Assembly: GCA_902803375.1 (NCBI GenBank)
Contig: CADCPN010000031.1
Coordinates: forward strand, 1 to 57,973
DNA length: 57,973 bases
Direction of reading: 5' to 3'
DNA from: an uncultured Erysipelotrichaceae bacterium
GTDB taxonomy: Bacteria; Bacillota_I; Bacilli_A; RFN20; CAG-826
A program made the position numbers and the translations under genes. Each line of letters begins with the position of its first letter. The first letter of the stretch is position 1. The notes under the pieces were generated by a model, which searched no databases, was not told the origin of the DNA, and was given only the letters and a program-made list of their open reading frames with translations. Below are positions 41,750 through 50,971 of this stretch, piece after piece.

Positions 41750-42532
41750 CTACTTTCTATATCTTTCGTAATAGGCGGCGAGGTAGCTCCAGCTCCCCCA
41801 GATATCATCCATATCCAAGGCCTTATCGATATAGTGGTCATGTCGCTGCTTATCCTTTTCGAATATGACGGCTAAGCCATAATAGAGGCAACTGCGATTG
41901 ATGTCGTCCATTTTATCGATCTCCTCTTCGGGGACATCATTTTCTTTATCGAAGAAGTACCTGACGGCTGCGTTATAGCCAACGTGGTGGCCGTGGTCTA
42001 GTGGCTTATCGAATGCTTTGACTTCCGCGACGTCTTTGCCTAGCTTCAAAGCAAGCAGGAGGTGCCAATATAGGATTGCGATATATAGTTCTCCATCATC
42101 CTCAACGGGCTCGTAGCATTTCTTGACGACCTCGATTGCCTCTTCATAACGGCCAAGGAAATATAGGGAGAGGAGAAGATGGTAATGGTAGCTCCAGGGC
42201 TTATCTTGCTCCTGAAGCTCCTTATCTAGCGTTAGGGTAAGAGAAGGAGAGCCTGTCTTTAAGCCGCATAGGGAAATTCGTCCCGCCACTTTCATGCCGG
42301 CGAGCCTGCATTCTTGAAATAATGGCAAAGCTTCGCGATAACGTAGCTGCCAAGCTAAAGCATTGGCGAGGGCGAGCTTATTCTCATTGCTGGCATCGCG
42401 ATGAAATGCGATCCTGGCCTTAGCGGTATTGCTATCGTCTGCGACTGGGTTTAATGCCCCTTGAAGCTCATTTTCGTAGGTAGAGTGAATATCGCTGCAG
42501 ACGCGATGATTATGGGTGATGCTTAGATCCAT
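41750..42532 (-). CDS. TPR-like all-helical cytoplasmic protein, last gene of the ABC operon
   Basis: 260 aa. Repeated ~34-aa helical hairpin patterns (e.g. LLLSLYFLGRYEEAIEVVKKCYE). The start lies 5 nt after the permease stop. Confidence 0.5.
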   Translation of the reverse strand: MDLSITHNHRVCSDIHSTYENELQGALNPVADDSNTAKARIAFHRDASNENKLALANALAWQLRYREALPLFQECRLAGMKVAGRISLCGLKTGSPSLTLTLDKELQEQDKPWSYHYHLLLSLYFLGRYEEAIEVVKKCYEPVEDDGELYIAILYWHLLLALKLGKDVAEVKAFDKPLDHGHHVGYNAAVRYFFDKENDVPEEEIDKMDDINRSCLYYGLAVIFEKDKQRHDHYIDKALDMDDIWGSWSYLAAYYERYRK

Positions 42533-42537
42533 GGTTG

Positions 42538-43362
42538 CTATTTCCTTTTGAATAGATGGGGCCTTCTCTTGCTAGAGAAAGGAAGGCTAATGAAGAAGAA
42601 GCTAAGGCTAAGCGTTGCGATAGCTAGCCCCGGCAGCAATAAGGCGCCATATTGCTTCGATAAGAAGGCGCCATTGCGGTAAACGAGGTTGATGAGGGTA
42701 CCCCAAGAGACGTTATATTGGTCGCCTAGCCCCAAGAAGCTGAGGGTGGATTCCATCATGATGGAAGAAGAGACCAGGACAAGGAACCTTGCCAGCAGGA
42801 CGGGGAGAAGGTGCGGCAATAGGTGCCTTATAATGTTTTTCTCCTTCGATAAGCCCATAACGACGCCATTTTGGTAGAAGCTAGACTCCTGGATGCGGAG
42901 GCTTTCTTCCTTGACGGCCCTGCCGGTATAGCCCCAGGTGAAGAAGCCGATGAGCAGGATTAGGGTCAACGAGCCCTTCTCTAGATAAGAGGCGAGGATA
43001 TAAAGGAAGAGGAAGCGCGGCAAGATGGTGAACAAATCCTCTAGCAGCGAGAACGCCTTTCCTAGCATTCCCTTGCTAGAAGCGGCTAACCCAATAGCTG
43101 TACCGACCAGTAGCGATAGCAAGGCTCCGAAAATGCCGACGGTTATCGTGCTTTTGGCGCCATATACCGTCTCCGCGAAGACGTCATATCCCATATCGTC
43201 TGTGCCAAAGATGTGGATGGCGTTGGGCTTCTCCCAGATCTCAAACATCGTCTTGGGGGAGAAGGAAGTGAAGATGCTTGGGAAAAAGGCCATTAAGCAG
43301 AAACAAAATAGCAGCAAGACCCCTAAGAGAAAAAAGAATAAGGACAGCTTTCGCTTAAACAT
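42538..43362 (-). CDS. ABC transporter permease (OppC/DppC type)
   Basis: BPD_transp_1-like membrane protein. The ATG at 43360-43362 (MFKRKLSLFFF) overlaps the upstream stop. The ORF-track extension to 43557 is rejected. Confidence 0.85.
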   Translation of the reverse strand: MFKRKLSLFFFLLGVLLLFCFCLMAFFPSIFTSFSPKTMFEIWEKPNAIHIFGTDDMGYDVFAETVYGAKSTITVGIFGALLSLLVGTAIGLAASSKGMLGKAFSLLEDLFTILPRFLFLYILASYLEKGSLTLILLIGFFTWGYTGRAVKEESLRIQESSFYQNGVVMGLSKEKNIIRHLLPHLLPVLLARFLVLVSSSIMMESTLSFLGLGDQYNVSWGTLINLVYRNGAFLSKQYGALLLPGLAIATLSLSFFFISLPFSSKRRPHLFKRK

Positions 43363-44323
43363 GCCTTGCCTCCTTTCTTTTGGGGTCAAGGAAGTAAAGG
43401 ATGATATCGACAAGCAGCAAGCCAATAAAACTGGCGATGCAGGTAAGGATAAGGATGGCGCTGACCATCGGGTAGTCGCTATCCTGCAAAGACTTAAGAA
43501 GCAGTTTTCCCATACCCTGAATCGAGAAGATCTCCTCGATGACGACGCTTCCGCCAAAGCTTGCCCCTAGACTTAGCCCGACCGCGGTCAAGAAAGGCCC
43601 GGCGGCATTGGGGAAGAGGTAGTGGTATTTGTATTCTTTGTGGCTGACCCCACGCGCTCTTGCATAAAGCAGATACTTGGAATCGCTAATGGAAGCTATG
43701 CTATTGCGCAAAAGCATATATTTGCCAGGGAACTGAGCAATAACTATTGTCAATATAGGCAGGAAAATATGGGCTAAAACATCAAAAAAGTTAGAGTTGG
43801 CGCTACTTTTATATCCGTGGCTTGGGAAAAGCTTCAAGTCAAAGGCAAAATAGAAGAGCAGGAACATCGCCACCATGAAGGTTGGGAAAGCGTTAAGCAA
43901 AACGGCGAAAGAGGTCGAGATGGAATCCGCGATTTTCTTTTTTCTTGAAGTGACTTCTAGGGCCAAAGAAGCGGAAATAAGGGCGGAAAGGATAACCGCG
44001 GGAAGCGTGATCGACAAGGTGATGAAGAACCTTGGCCAAATCAGATTGGCGCAGCTAGTCGTGTAAACGATCGAGTAGCCTAGCGTCCCATCGAAAAGGT
44101 GGGCGATGAACTTCCCAAGCTGAACCCATAAGGATTCGTCATAGCCGTAGAAGGAGACGTAGTAGCTATAGGTTTCGTTAGAGAAGGAATTGCCAGAGGC
44201 CGCTTTCGTCAATAACGGGTCTCCTGGCAATAAACGAGGTAAGAAAAAGGCGATTAGCACGACGAAAACTAACCCTAGAAGGGAAAGCAATGTCTTTTGA
44301 TAAAACGCCTTTTTCGGATTCAT
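43355..44323 (-). CDS. ABC transporter permease (OppB/DppB type)
   Basis: 322 aa with six TM helices and an N-terminal LPGDP motif typical of OppB/DppB. Confidence 0.85.
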   Translation of the reverse strand: MNPKKAFYQKTLLSLLGLVFVVLIAFFLPRLLPGDPLLTKAASGNSFSNETYSYYVSFYGYDESLWVQLGKFIAHLFDGTLGYSIVYTTSCANLIWPRFFITLSITLPAVILSALISASLALEVTSRKKKIADSISTSFAVLLNAFPTFMVAMFLLFYFAFDLKLFPSHGYKSSANSNFFDVLAHIFLPILTIVIAQFPGKYMLLRNSIASISDSKYLLYARARGVSHKEYKYHYLFPNAAGPFLTAVGLSLGASFGGSVVIEEIFSIQGMGKLLLKSLQDSDYPMVSAILILTCIASFIGLLLVDIILYFLDPKRKEARHV

Positions 44324-44329
44324 ATCCCT

Positions 44330-46033
44330 TTAGAAGGACAAAGAGGTCCAGGTGGCGTAGTTATAGATGCCCCAGTTCGCGTCGATATGGAAGGAAGAGA
44401 ACTTCTTATTCGTCGCGGTGAGCAAAGAATCGTTATAGAGGGAGATGACGGGAAGCTTGGCGGCATAGAATTCCTGCATTGCCTTAGCGGAAGAAGCATA
44501 AGCTTCGACGGTGCCGGCGTTTCTAATGCCATCTCTAGCGGCGATGAACTCAGCATCATCAACCTGGGCGCCGCCTTGGACGGGGTGGGCGTTATCGACA
44601 TAGATATTGCCAAGCCCCCCAAGCATTGACATGCCGGCGGCGGTATAGCCATAGAGGGCGGCGGTCATGAATTCGGCGCTGGGATTGCTAGAAAGCGCCT
44701 CCTGGTAGAACTTATGGGAGACCTTGGCGTTATAGGCGCTAGTTTCCTCTCCATCGAGGGTGACTTCGATGCCGGCTTCCTCTAACTCTGTCTTCACTAG
44801 GCCTGCCATGCGGACGAAGTTGGCCTTGCCAGAATTATAAGTAAGCGGGAAGCTTAGGCGCCTGCCTTCTTTCTCATAGAAGCCCTCGCTATCTTTGGCA
44901 TAGCCTTTAGAAACAAGGATTTCATTGACTTTATCGAGGTTTTTCCTAAGTTCTGGGGTCTTGACGTAGCCTACGGTGGAGGAGGGGACGAAGGAACGTT
45001 CTGGGGTAACGGAGAACTCGGAGCCAAAGGCTTTGGCGAAGGCACTGTAGTCTAAGGAGTAGGCGACGGCTTCGCGGATAGAAAGATCAGAGAAGGTCGC
45101 TGACTTGGTATTGAAGGTTAGGACGCCGGGGCAACTAGTGGTGGCGTAGGAGATGATGCTGACGTTATCGTTGCTTTTAAGGGAGGCAACGGCAGTGGCC
45201 TCAAGGCCTTTGGAATACTTATAGATGCCATCGATCTCGCCTTCGGAGAGGGATCTGACGGCCGCGGTCTCGTTTTCGAAGAGCTCGACTTCGACTCGTT
45301 TGGCCTTCGGGGTGCCCATGAAGAAGTCATCTCTGGCGGCGAAGACGATCTTGTTGGCGGAAGAAGAGAAAGAGACGAAGGAATAGGCGCCGCAGCCAAC
45401 TCTGGACTCCTTTTCGGGGATCACGGCTTCCTTGGCGTCTTCATATTTCTCATAAATATGCTTAGGAAGGATGCGGATGGTCGCGATATTGGAGAGCTCT
45501 CTAACATCGGGGGAGGCAAGGGTGAGCGTGAGGGTCTTTTTGTCTTTTGAGACGATGGCAGACTCATATTTCCTCGCGGTGACTGTGGTTTTGCCATTTT
45601 TCTGCGTGGTGACGTCATGAAGGTAGTTCTTGCTTTCCTTCTTATCGGCGTAGTTGAGGGTGAAGAGGAAATCTTCGGCGGTTACCTCTTCCCCGTCATC
45701 CCACTTCGCGCCTTTTTGGACGGAGTAGGTGAAGACTTTCGCGTCTTTGACATCGAAGGTGAATAGCCCTGGGGTATATTGGCCATCGTTTCCTAGGTAG
45801 ACCGGAGACATTTGGGTAAGAGAGGCAGATAGAATATCGTAATTATATTCTTCTCTGGTGGCGGTGAGGATTTCCGCGGCGGTGCCTAGGCGGAAAACCT
45901 CGGTCTGGGCAGACTTTTCCGAGCTAGAACCTAGTGAAGAGGCTTCCATAGAGGAAGAGGAGGACCCTCCGCAGGAAGATAAAGCGGCGCTAGTGAGAAC
46001 TAGAAGTAAGAGAGTGGATGTGTTTCTTTTCAT
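44330..46033 (-). CDS. ABC substrate-binding lipoprotein, family 5 (peptide/nickel type)
   Basis: Lipobox ALSSC after MKRNTSTLLLLVLTSA, with SBP family 5 size and pattern. The start at 46033 overlaps the ATPase gene by 44 nt. An alternative start is at 46078. Confidence 0.8.
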   Translation of the reverse strand: MKRNTSTLLLLVLTSAALSSCGGSSSSSMEASSLGSSSEKSAQTEVFRLGTAAEILTATREEYNYDILSASLTQMSPVYLGNDGQYTPGLFTFDVKDAKVFTYSVQKGAKWDDGEEVTAEDFLFTLNYADKKESKNYLHDVTTQKNGKTTVTARKYESAIVSKDKKTLTLTLASPDVRELSNIATIRILPKHIYEKYEDAKEAVIPEKESRVGCGAYSFVSFSSSANKIVFAARDDFFMGTPKAKRVEVELFENETAAVRSLSEGEIDGIYKYSKGLEATAVASLKSNDNVSIISYATTSCPGVLTFNTKSATFSDLSIREAVAYSLDYSAFAKAFGSEFSVTPERSFVPSSTVGYVKTPELRKNLDKVNEILVSKGYAKDSEGFYEKEGRRLSFPLTYNSGKANFVRMAGLVKTELEEAGIEVTLDGEETSAYNAKVSHKFYQEALSSNPSAEFMTAALYGYTAAGMSMLGGLGNIYVDNAHPVQGGAQVDDAEFIAARDGIRNAGTVEAYASSAKAMQEFYAAKLPVISLYNDSLLTATNKKFSSFHIDANWGIYNYATWTSLSF

Positions 46034-46685
46034 TTTCTTTGTGGTTATGGATTTTGATGCCGGTCTGGCATAGCGCATTTAAGAGCGCTTCATCATGGGA
46101 GATGAGGATGATGGATAGTTGCCTTTTGCAGGCGAGGTCTTTGACAAGAGACAAGACGCTGGCTTGGGTTAAGGTGTCTAGCATCGAGGTGGCCTCATCA
46201 AGGATCAGGTATTTCGGCGAGAGCAATAATGCCCTGGCGATCGCGATTCTCTGCGCTTCGCCTCCGCTTACGTTATTTGGGTATTTCTCTAGTATCTCTG
46301 TCTCTAAGCCAACTAGGGATATGGCTTCTTCGATAGCCTTTTTGGCTTCTTTCTTGCCTAATCCCGCTACGCGGGCCGCCTCAAGGAGACTAGAAGAGAA
46401 GCGGTAACAGGGATCAAAGGAGGAATAAGGGTCTTGATAGACCATCTGGATGACGCCTCCGACATCCCGTTGATACTTTCCTTTTATATATAAAGGATGG
46501 CCATCGACGAGTATCTCGCCCTTATCGATGCCGGTGAGGCCAGTGAGGATACGGGCAAGCGTGGATTTGCCGCTCCCCGAATCTCCTTCTAAGCCGAAGA
46601 AGCCGGAATCTGGGATTTCAAAGGAATAGTCATCGAATATCGGGATTTTCCCGAAGCGCTTGCCAACATGGAGGAACGTAATCAT
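45990..46685 (-). CDS. ABC transporter ATP-binding protein (OppF/DppF type)
   Basis: Walker A GDSGSGKST, signature VSGGEAQR, Walker B LILDEATS. The start forms an ATGA overlap with the upstream gene. Confidence 0.88.
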   Translation of the reverse strand: MITFLHVGKRFGKIPIFDDYSFEIPDSGFFGLEGDSGSGKSTLARILTGLTGIDKGEILVDGHPLYIKGKYQRDVGGVIQMVYQDPYSSFDPCYRFSSSLLEAARVAGLGKKEAKKAIEEAISLVGLETEILEKYPNNVSGGEAQRIAIARALLLSPKYLILDEATSMLDTLTQASVLSLVKDLACKRQLSIILISHDEALLNALCQTGIKIHNHKENEKKHIHSLTSSSH

Positions 46686-47578
46686 CTCTGGATGCACCTC
46701 CAATAACGCTTATCTTGGCGTTTATCTAGCTCTTCCTTTAGGCATTCTTCTTTCGCTAAAGGGCAAAAGCCATAGAATGGGCAAGAGGGAGAGGCATCTC
46801 TAATCTGGACATATCCTTTTAAGCCATGGCGTGGCGTAGCCTCGATAAGGGCTTTGGTGTAAGGGGATTTCGGATTCTCCAATACCTGCTTACTTGGCCC
46901 ATATTCCATGACGACGCCCTTATTCAAAACAAGGATGTAGTCGGATAAAGAGGCGTAATCGATATCATGGGTGATGATGAGGCGGGTCGAGGAAGAGAAG
47001 TGCTTAGAGAAAAGCTCCGTGAAGATATCGATGTTTTTAGGATCTAGGCCGTTGGTGGGCTCATCGGCGATGACTAGCTCCGCTAGAGGGGACAAGGACA
47101 AAGCGAAGACGACGCGCTCGGCCATGCCTCCGGAAAGCTCGTAAGGGTATTTATCTAAGATAGGATAAGGATCCTTGAAGCCGACTTTGCGTAGAAGCGA
47201 AGCCTCCACGGCCTCAAAGTCGCCTTTTTTGACGCCCCATTTCTTTAAGGCTTCGCCTAGCTGCACCCTGATGGAAGTCGCAGGATTTAAGAAGGCGATG
47301 CCATTTTGGGGAAGGTAGACCCAATTTTTGCCTCGCCTATCTCTTTTTTCCTTTTCTTTTAAGGAGGAGATATTCTCTTTTCCAAGGTTTATCTCTAGGC
47401 CACTCACTTTTAATTGGGGGTCAAGCAGGCCGAGAATCGCATAGGCCAACGTGGTCTTTCCTGAGCCGGATTCACCAACAAGAGAAAGCGATTTCCCTTC
47501 TTCTAGAGAAAAGGCAATGGGCGAGAGGATTCTCTTGCCATCGCTAGTTGTGATTCCCTCGAGTCGTAAAGTGAACAT
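46682..47578 (-). CDS. ABC transporter ATP-binding protein (OppD/DppD type) with a Cys-rich C-terminal extension
   Basis: Walker A GESGSGKTT, signature LSGGMAER, Walker B VIADEPTN. The C-terminus reads CPFYGFCPLAKEEC. Confidence 0.88.
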   Translation of the reverse strand: MFTLRLEGITTSDGKRILSPIAFSLEEGKSLSLVGESGSGKTTLAYAILGLLDPQLKVSGLEINLGKENISSLKEKEKRDRRGKNWVYLPQNGIAFLNPATSIRVQLGEALKKWGVKKGDFEAVEASLLRKVGFKDPYPILDKYPYELSGGMAERVVFALSLSPLAELVIADEPTNGLDPKNIDIFTELFSKHFSSSTRLIITHDIDYASLSDYILVLNKGVVMEYGPSKQVLENPKSPYTKALIEATPRHGLKGYVQIRDASPSCPFYGFCPLAKEECLKEELDKRQDKRYWRCIQR

Positions 47579-47618
47579 ACGTGCTAGCAAATAATAAAGG
47601 CAGCATCGACATTATTCA

Positions 47619-47648
47619 AACAAAACGAATAAATTAGTACGTTTTGTT
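47619..47648. promoter_or_regulatory. inverted repeat, candidate TetR operator in the divergent promoter region
   Basis: AACAAAACG-N12-CGTTTTGTT (9-bp arms), located between the ABC operon and the divergent TetR gene. A TATAAT lies at 47661-47666. Confidence 0.45.
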
Positions 47649-47732
47649 CGGCTATTGTTTTATAATCCGTATAAATCGTTCGGCAAAATCCATTTTTATA
47701 AAGGATTTACCGATATAAGCAGGTGAACGAAC

Positions 47733-48302
47733 ATGAATAAGAAAGAAGAAAAAACGATTGCTCTGTTGGTCTCTACCCTCGCTAAGCTCATCCAAAAAGA
47801 AGACTATGCGGATATCACGATCAGCGAGCTCATTGAGGAAAGCGGCGTCTCTAGAAGCACCTTCTATTCCCACTTCAAGAAAAAGGACGATGTCCTAAAC
47901 GAGGTCTGCGACGACATTTTCCATCACGTCTTCTCCGTCCATCTTCAGGAAGAGGAGAGGCATGACTTCTCCCATGAATCCGTCTTGGATTGCCGCCATA
48001 TCGTCCTTCACCTTTTCTACCACGTGCAGGAGCAAAGGGAGGTCCTCTGCCCCATCTTCGATTCCTCCGCCTATTCGATTTTCCGCAAAAGGCTGGAGCC
48101 CAATGTCACCAGCCTTATGAAGATCGCCCTTGGCATGAAGGAGTTCCAGGTAAGCAACGTCCCCGACGACCTTGCCTTATCGATCGCCACGAGCGCCCTC
48201 GTTAATTTCATACGTTATTTCTCCTTCTCCAAAGATGCCTCCCTTACACCGGAAAGGATGACGGATTACTTCTTCGGACTCTTTGCGCCTAAGCGGAACT
48301 AA
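47733..48302 (+). CDS. TetR/AcrR family transcriptional regulator
   Basis: The N-terminal HTH ITISELIEESGVSRSTFYSHFKKKDDV is canonical TetR_N. Confidence 0.85.
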   Translation: MNKKEEKTIALLVSTLAKLIQKEDYADITISELIEESGVSRSTFYSHFKKKDDVLNEVCDDIFHHVFSVHLQEEERHDFSHESVLDCRHIVLHLFYHVQEQREVLCPIFDSSAYSIFRKRLEPNVTSLMKIALGMKEFQVSNVPDDLALSIATSALVNFIRYFSFSKDASLTPERMTDYFFGLFAPKRN

Positions 48303-48645
48303 CCTAGAACATAGCCGACAAAAGCAGCGGTTTTTTCCTTTAAATTCACGTAAATGAACACATTTTTTTCTTTGCAATGAGGGACAAGAAAGAAGGGAGT
48401 TTGCCCGCTTCGCTATTTTAGGAAGCTACCAAACGAAGAGCATTCTCTAGGCCTTACCTTTAGAAGTAGTGGCACCCTTCCTCATTGCTTATGACCTGCC
48501 AGAAAAAGAGTCGGTTATCACCGTTACCAAGGACATCAAAAAATGCGATAAGGCCGACGTTTTGGCAGTCTTTGATGATTGCGGATCCACCTCTTCGCCC
48601 TATATCGTTATCATCCAGTCGAATGACGTTGCCGTTAAGTAGTCC

Positions 48646-49509
48646 CTATAAGGATTCCAAGTAGGCTTTGCAGGCTAAGAAGGTTTCCTTTGAGGTGGAT
48701 GCTCCACTAGCAAGCGCCACCTTCTTGATATTGCCTAGATCTAGGCTACGAAGCTCTTGTTCGTCTAAGACGAGCCTGGCTTCAAAACCTTCGCTTTTGG
48801 CGATTTCCTCCAGCTTTTTGGAGTTATTGGAGAGCTTGCTGCCAAGGATGATGACCATATCGATGTCTTTAGCTAGCTTCTTTATCGCGTCTTGGCGGAA
48901 AGAAGTGCTGTGGCAACGCTCCTTTCCGATTAGGGCTTTAGGGAAAAGCTTTTTGATTTCCTTATGTGCCTCTTCTAGCTCAAGGTAGCTAAGGGTCGTC
49001 TGCGAGATGACGATCGGCTGCTCCCCGTGGACTTTCTCCTTCTCGAACTTATTGGTTTTGACATCATAAAAAGCCGCGGATCTGACGTTAGATAAGAAAG
49101 CCTCGGACTCTAAGTGTCCACGCACGCCGATATAGATGAGGGGATTTGAACTGGCCGCCTCTTTGCCAAATATAAGGTTTTCCTTCACGAAGCGGCAGGA
49201 GGCATCGATGATTTTTAGGTTTCTTTCCCTGGCGATGGATTCCCATCCTTCCGGGTGGCCATGGGCGGAGAAAATAAGGACGCTGCCAGGCTTAACCTCG
49301 CGAAGCTCTCTCTCTAAGGGAGCGACTCTTTCATCGAGCAATAATAGGCCATGGCCAGAGAGCATCTTTACGGCATCCTCATTATGCACGAGCATCCCCA
49401 AAAGATAGACGGGGGTAGAGGGATTATCCTTTTTCGCTTTGAGGGCGAGGCTGATGGCGGACAGAACGCCTGAGCAATAGCCATAGGGGGAAACGACGAC
49501 AACTTGCAT
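48646..49509 (-). CDS. ispH: 4-hydroxy-3-methylbut-2-enyl diphosphate reductase
   Basis: 287 aa. The PYGYCSGV N-terminus and conserved Cys positions (C12, C~105, C~198) fit IspH/LytB. Confidence 0.9.
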   Translation of the reverse strand: MQVVVVSPYGYCSGVLSAISLALKAKKDNPSTPVYLLGMLVHNEDAVKMLSGHGLLLLDERVAPLERELREVKPGSVLIFSAHGHPEGWESIARERNLKIIDASCRFVKENLIFGKEAASSNPLIYIGVRGHLESEAFLSNVRSAAFYDVKTNKFEKEKVHGEQPIVISQTTLSYLELEEAHKEIKKLFPKALIGKERCHSTSFRQDAIKKLAKDIDMVIILGSKLSNNSKKLEEIAKSEGFEARLVLDEQELRSLDLGNIKKVALASGASTSKETFLACKAYLESL

Positions 49510-49579
49510 ATGTGTTATTCTAATTTAAGACGCCGCACTAGGAAAGGGAGGGTTATACAAGTATAATAGCCCCGCAATT

Positions 49580-50971
49580 ATGGCAAGTTTCAAAGCATTT
49601 AATCTATCGGAGAGAATGGTCTCCGCCCTCGAAAAGCTAGGTTACACCTCTCCTAGCCCCGTGCAGTCCCGCATCATCCCAAAGGCTCTCAATAGGCAGT
49701 CCCTCGTCTGCCAATCCGAGACCGGCAGCGGCAAAACGCACGCGTATCTGATTCCGATCATCGATAGGATCGATACCAACCTTCCGCGCCTGCAGGCAAT
49801 CATCATCGCCCCAAGCCGCGAACTCGCTCGCCAGGTCTATGACTTCGCGAAGCCTTTTGAGCGTTTCTATCCGCATCTAAAAGTTCGCTTGATGTCCAGC
49901 GAAGAGGAAAAGGCCCAGAACACCGAAGGCCTTTCCATCGCCCCGCAGCTAATCATCGGCACCCCAGGCCGCCTAAAAGACCTCCTTTCCAACGAATACG
50001 AACTCGACCTCCACGGTGTCAAGACCCTCGTCCTCGACGAGGCTGACATGCTTATGGAACTCGGCTATTTCGATGACATCGATGAGCTCTATGGCAAACT
50101 CCCGAAAGGGGTCAACACCATGGTCTTCTCCGCCACCCTCCACCAAGGGCTTAAGTACAAGCTGGAGAAGTACATCGCCTCCGATTTCCTATATGAAGGC
50201 GAGGAGAACAAGACCTCCAGCCACGTCACCCATCACCTCGTTGATATCAAGCACGTCGGCGCCTTGGAGGCCCTTGCTACCTTCTTAAAGATCAAAAACC
50301 CGTACCTTTGCCTCGTCTTCGCTTCCAAGAAAGAAGACGTCAAGAAGGCATATGATTTCGTCAAAAACCTCGGCTACACCGCCACTATGTTCTCTGGCGA
50401 CCTTGAAACCCGCGAGAGGAAGAAGACCATCCGCCTCATCAAGGATAACCGTTATCAGGTCATCGTCTGCTCTGATTTGCTAAGCCGCGGCATCGACATC
50501 GAAGACGTCACCGACGTCGTCTCCCTCGACCTGCCGATGGACCTCTCCTATTACTATCACCGCGCCGGACGTACCGGCAGATTCGACAAGAAGGGCGATT
50601 CTTGGGTTTTCTATAACTCTGACTCCGTCGATCGCCCTTCCGAGCTTATCTCCCAGGGCTTGGTCTTTGATTTCCTAACTCTAAAAGGCGACCAGCTCGT
50701 CCCGAATCCTTTAGGGCTAGAGAAGAGAAAATTCACCAAGAAGAAGGCCTGGGAGAGCGAAGAGCAGCTGAAAGACATCAAGATCGCCAAAGCTAAAACC
50801 CGCGTGAAGAAGGTCAAGCCTGGCTATAAGGTCAAGACCAGGCGCGCGATCGAAAAGGTCAAGAACAAGTATCGTAGAAAAGCCATCCAGAAGGCCGTCA
50901 AAGCCCAGAAGGATAGACGTTACGCGGAAGCGGCAAAGCGTCGCGCCGCCAAAGCAGAAGCAGATGAATAA
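49580..50971 (+). CDS. cshB: DEAD-box ATP-dependent RNA helicase with a basic C-terminal tail
   Basis: Q-motif, SETGSGKTHAY, DEAD (VLDEADML), SAT, and HRAGRTGR. It lies adjacent to nfo, as B. subtilis cshB does. Confidence 0.85.
   Translation: MASFKAFNLSERMVSALEKLGYTSPSPVQSRIIPKALNRQSLVCQSETGSGKTHAYLIPIIDRIDTNLPRLQAIIIAPSRELARQVYDFAKPFERFYPHLKVRLMSSEEEKAQNTEGLSIAPQLIIGTPGRLKDLLSNEYELDLHGVKTLVLDEADMLMELGYFDDIDELYGKLPKGVNTMVFSATLHQGLKYKLEKYIASDFLYEGEENKTSSHVTHHLVDIKHVGALEALATFLKIKNPYLCLVFASKKEDVKKAYDFVKNLGYTATMFSGDLETRERKKTIRLIKDNRYQVIVCSDLLSRGIDIEDVTDVVSLDLPMDLSYYYHRAGRTGRFDKKGDSWVFYNSDSVDRPSELISQGLVFDFLTLKGDQLVPNPLGLEKRKFTKKKAWESEEQLKDIKIAKAKTRVKKVKPGYKVKTRRAIEKVKNKYRRKAIQKAVKAQKDRRYAEAAKRRAAKAEADE

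Noticed and set aside
43363-43557. N-terminal 65-aa extension of the OppC-like permease ORF.
   Set aside because: It overlaps the preceding permease gene by ~200 nt. The ATG at 43362 gives the usual 8-nt overlap and a typical permease N-terminus.
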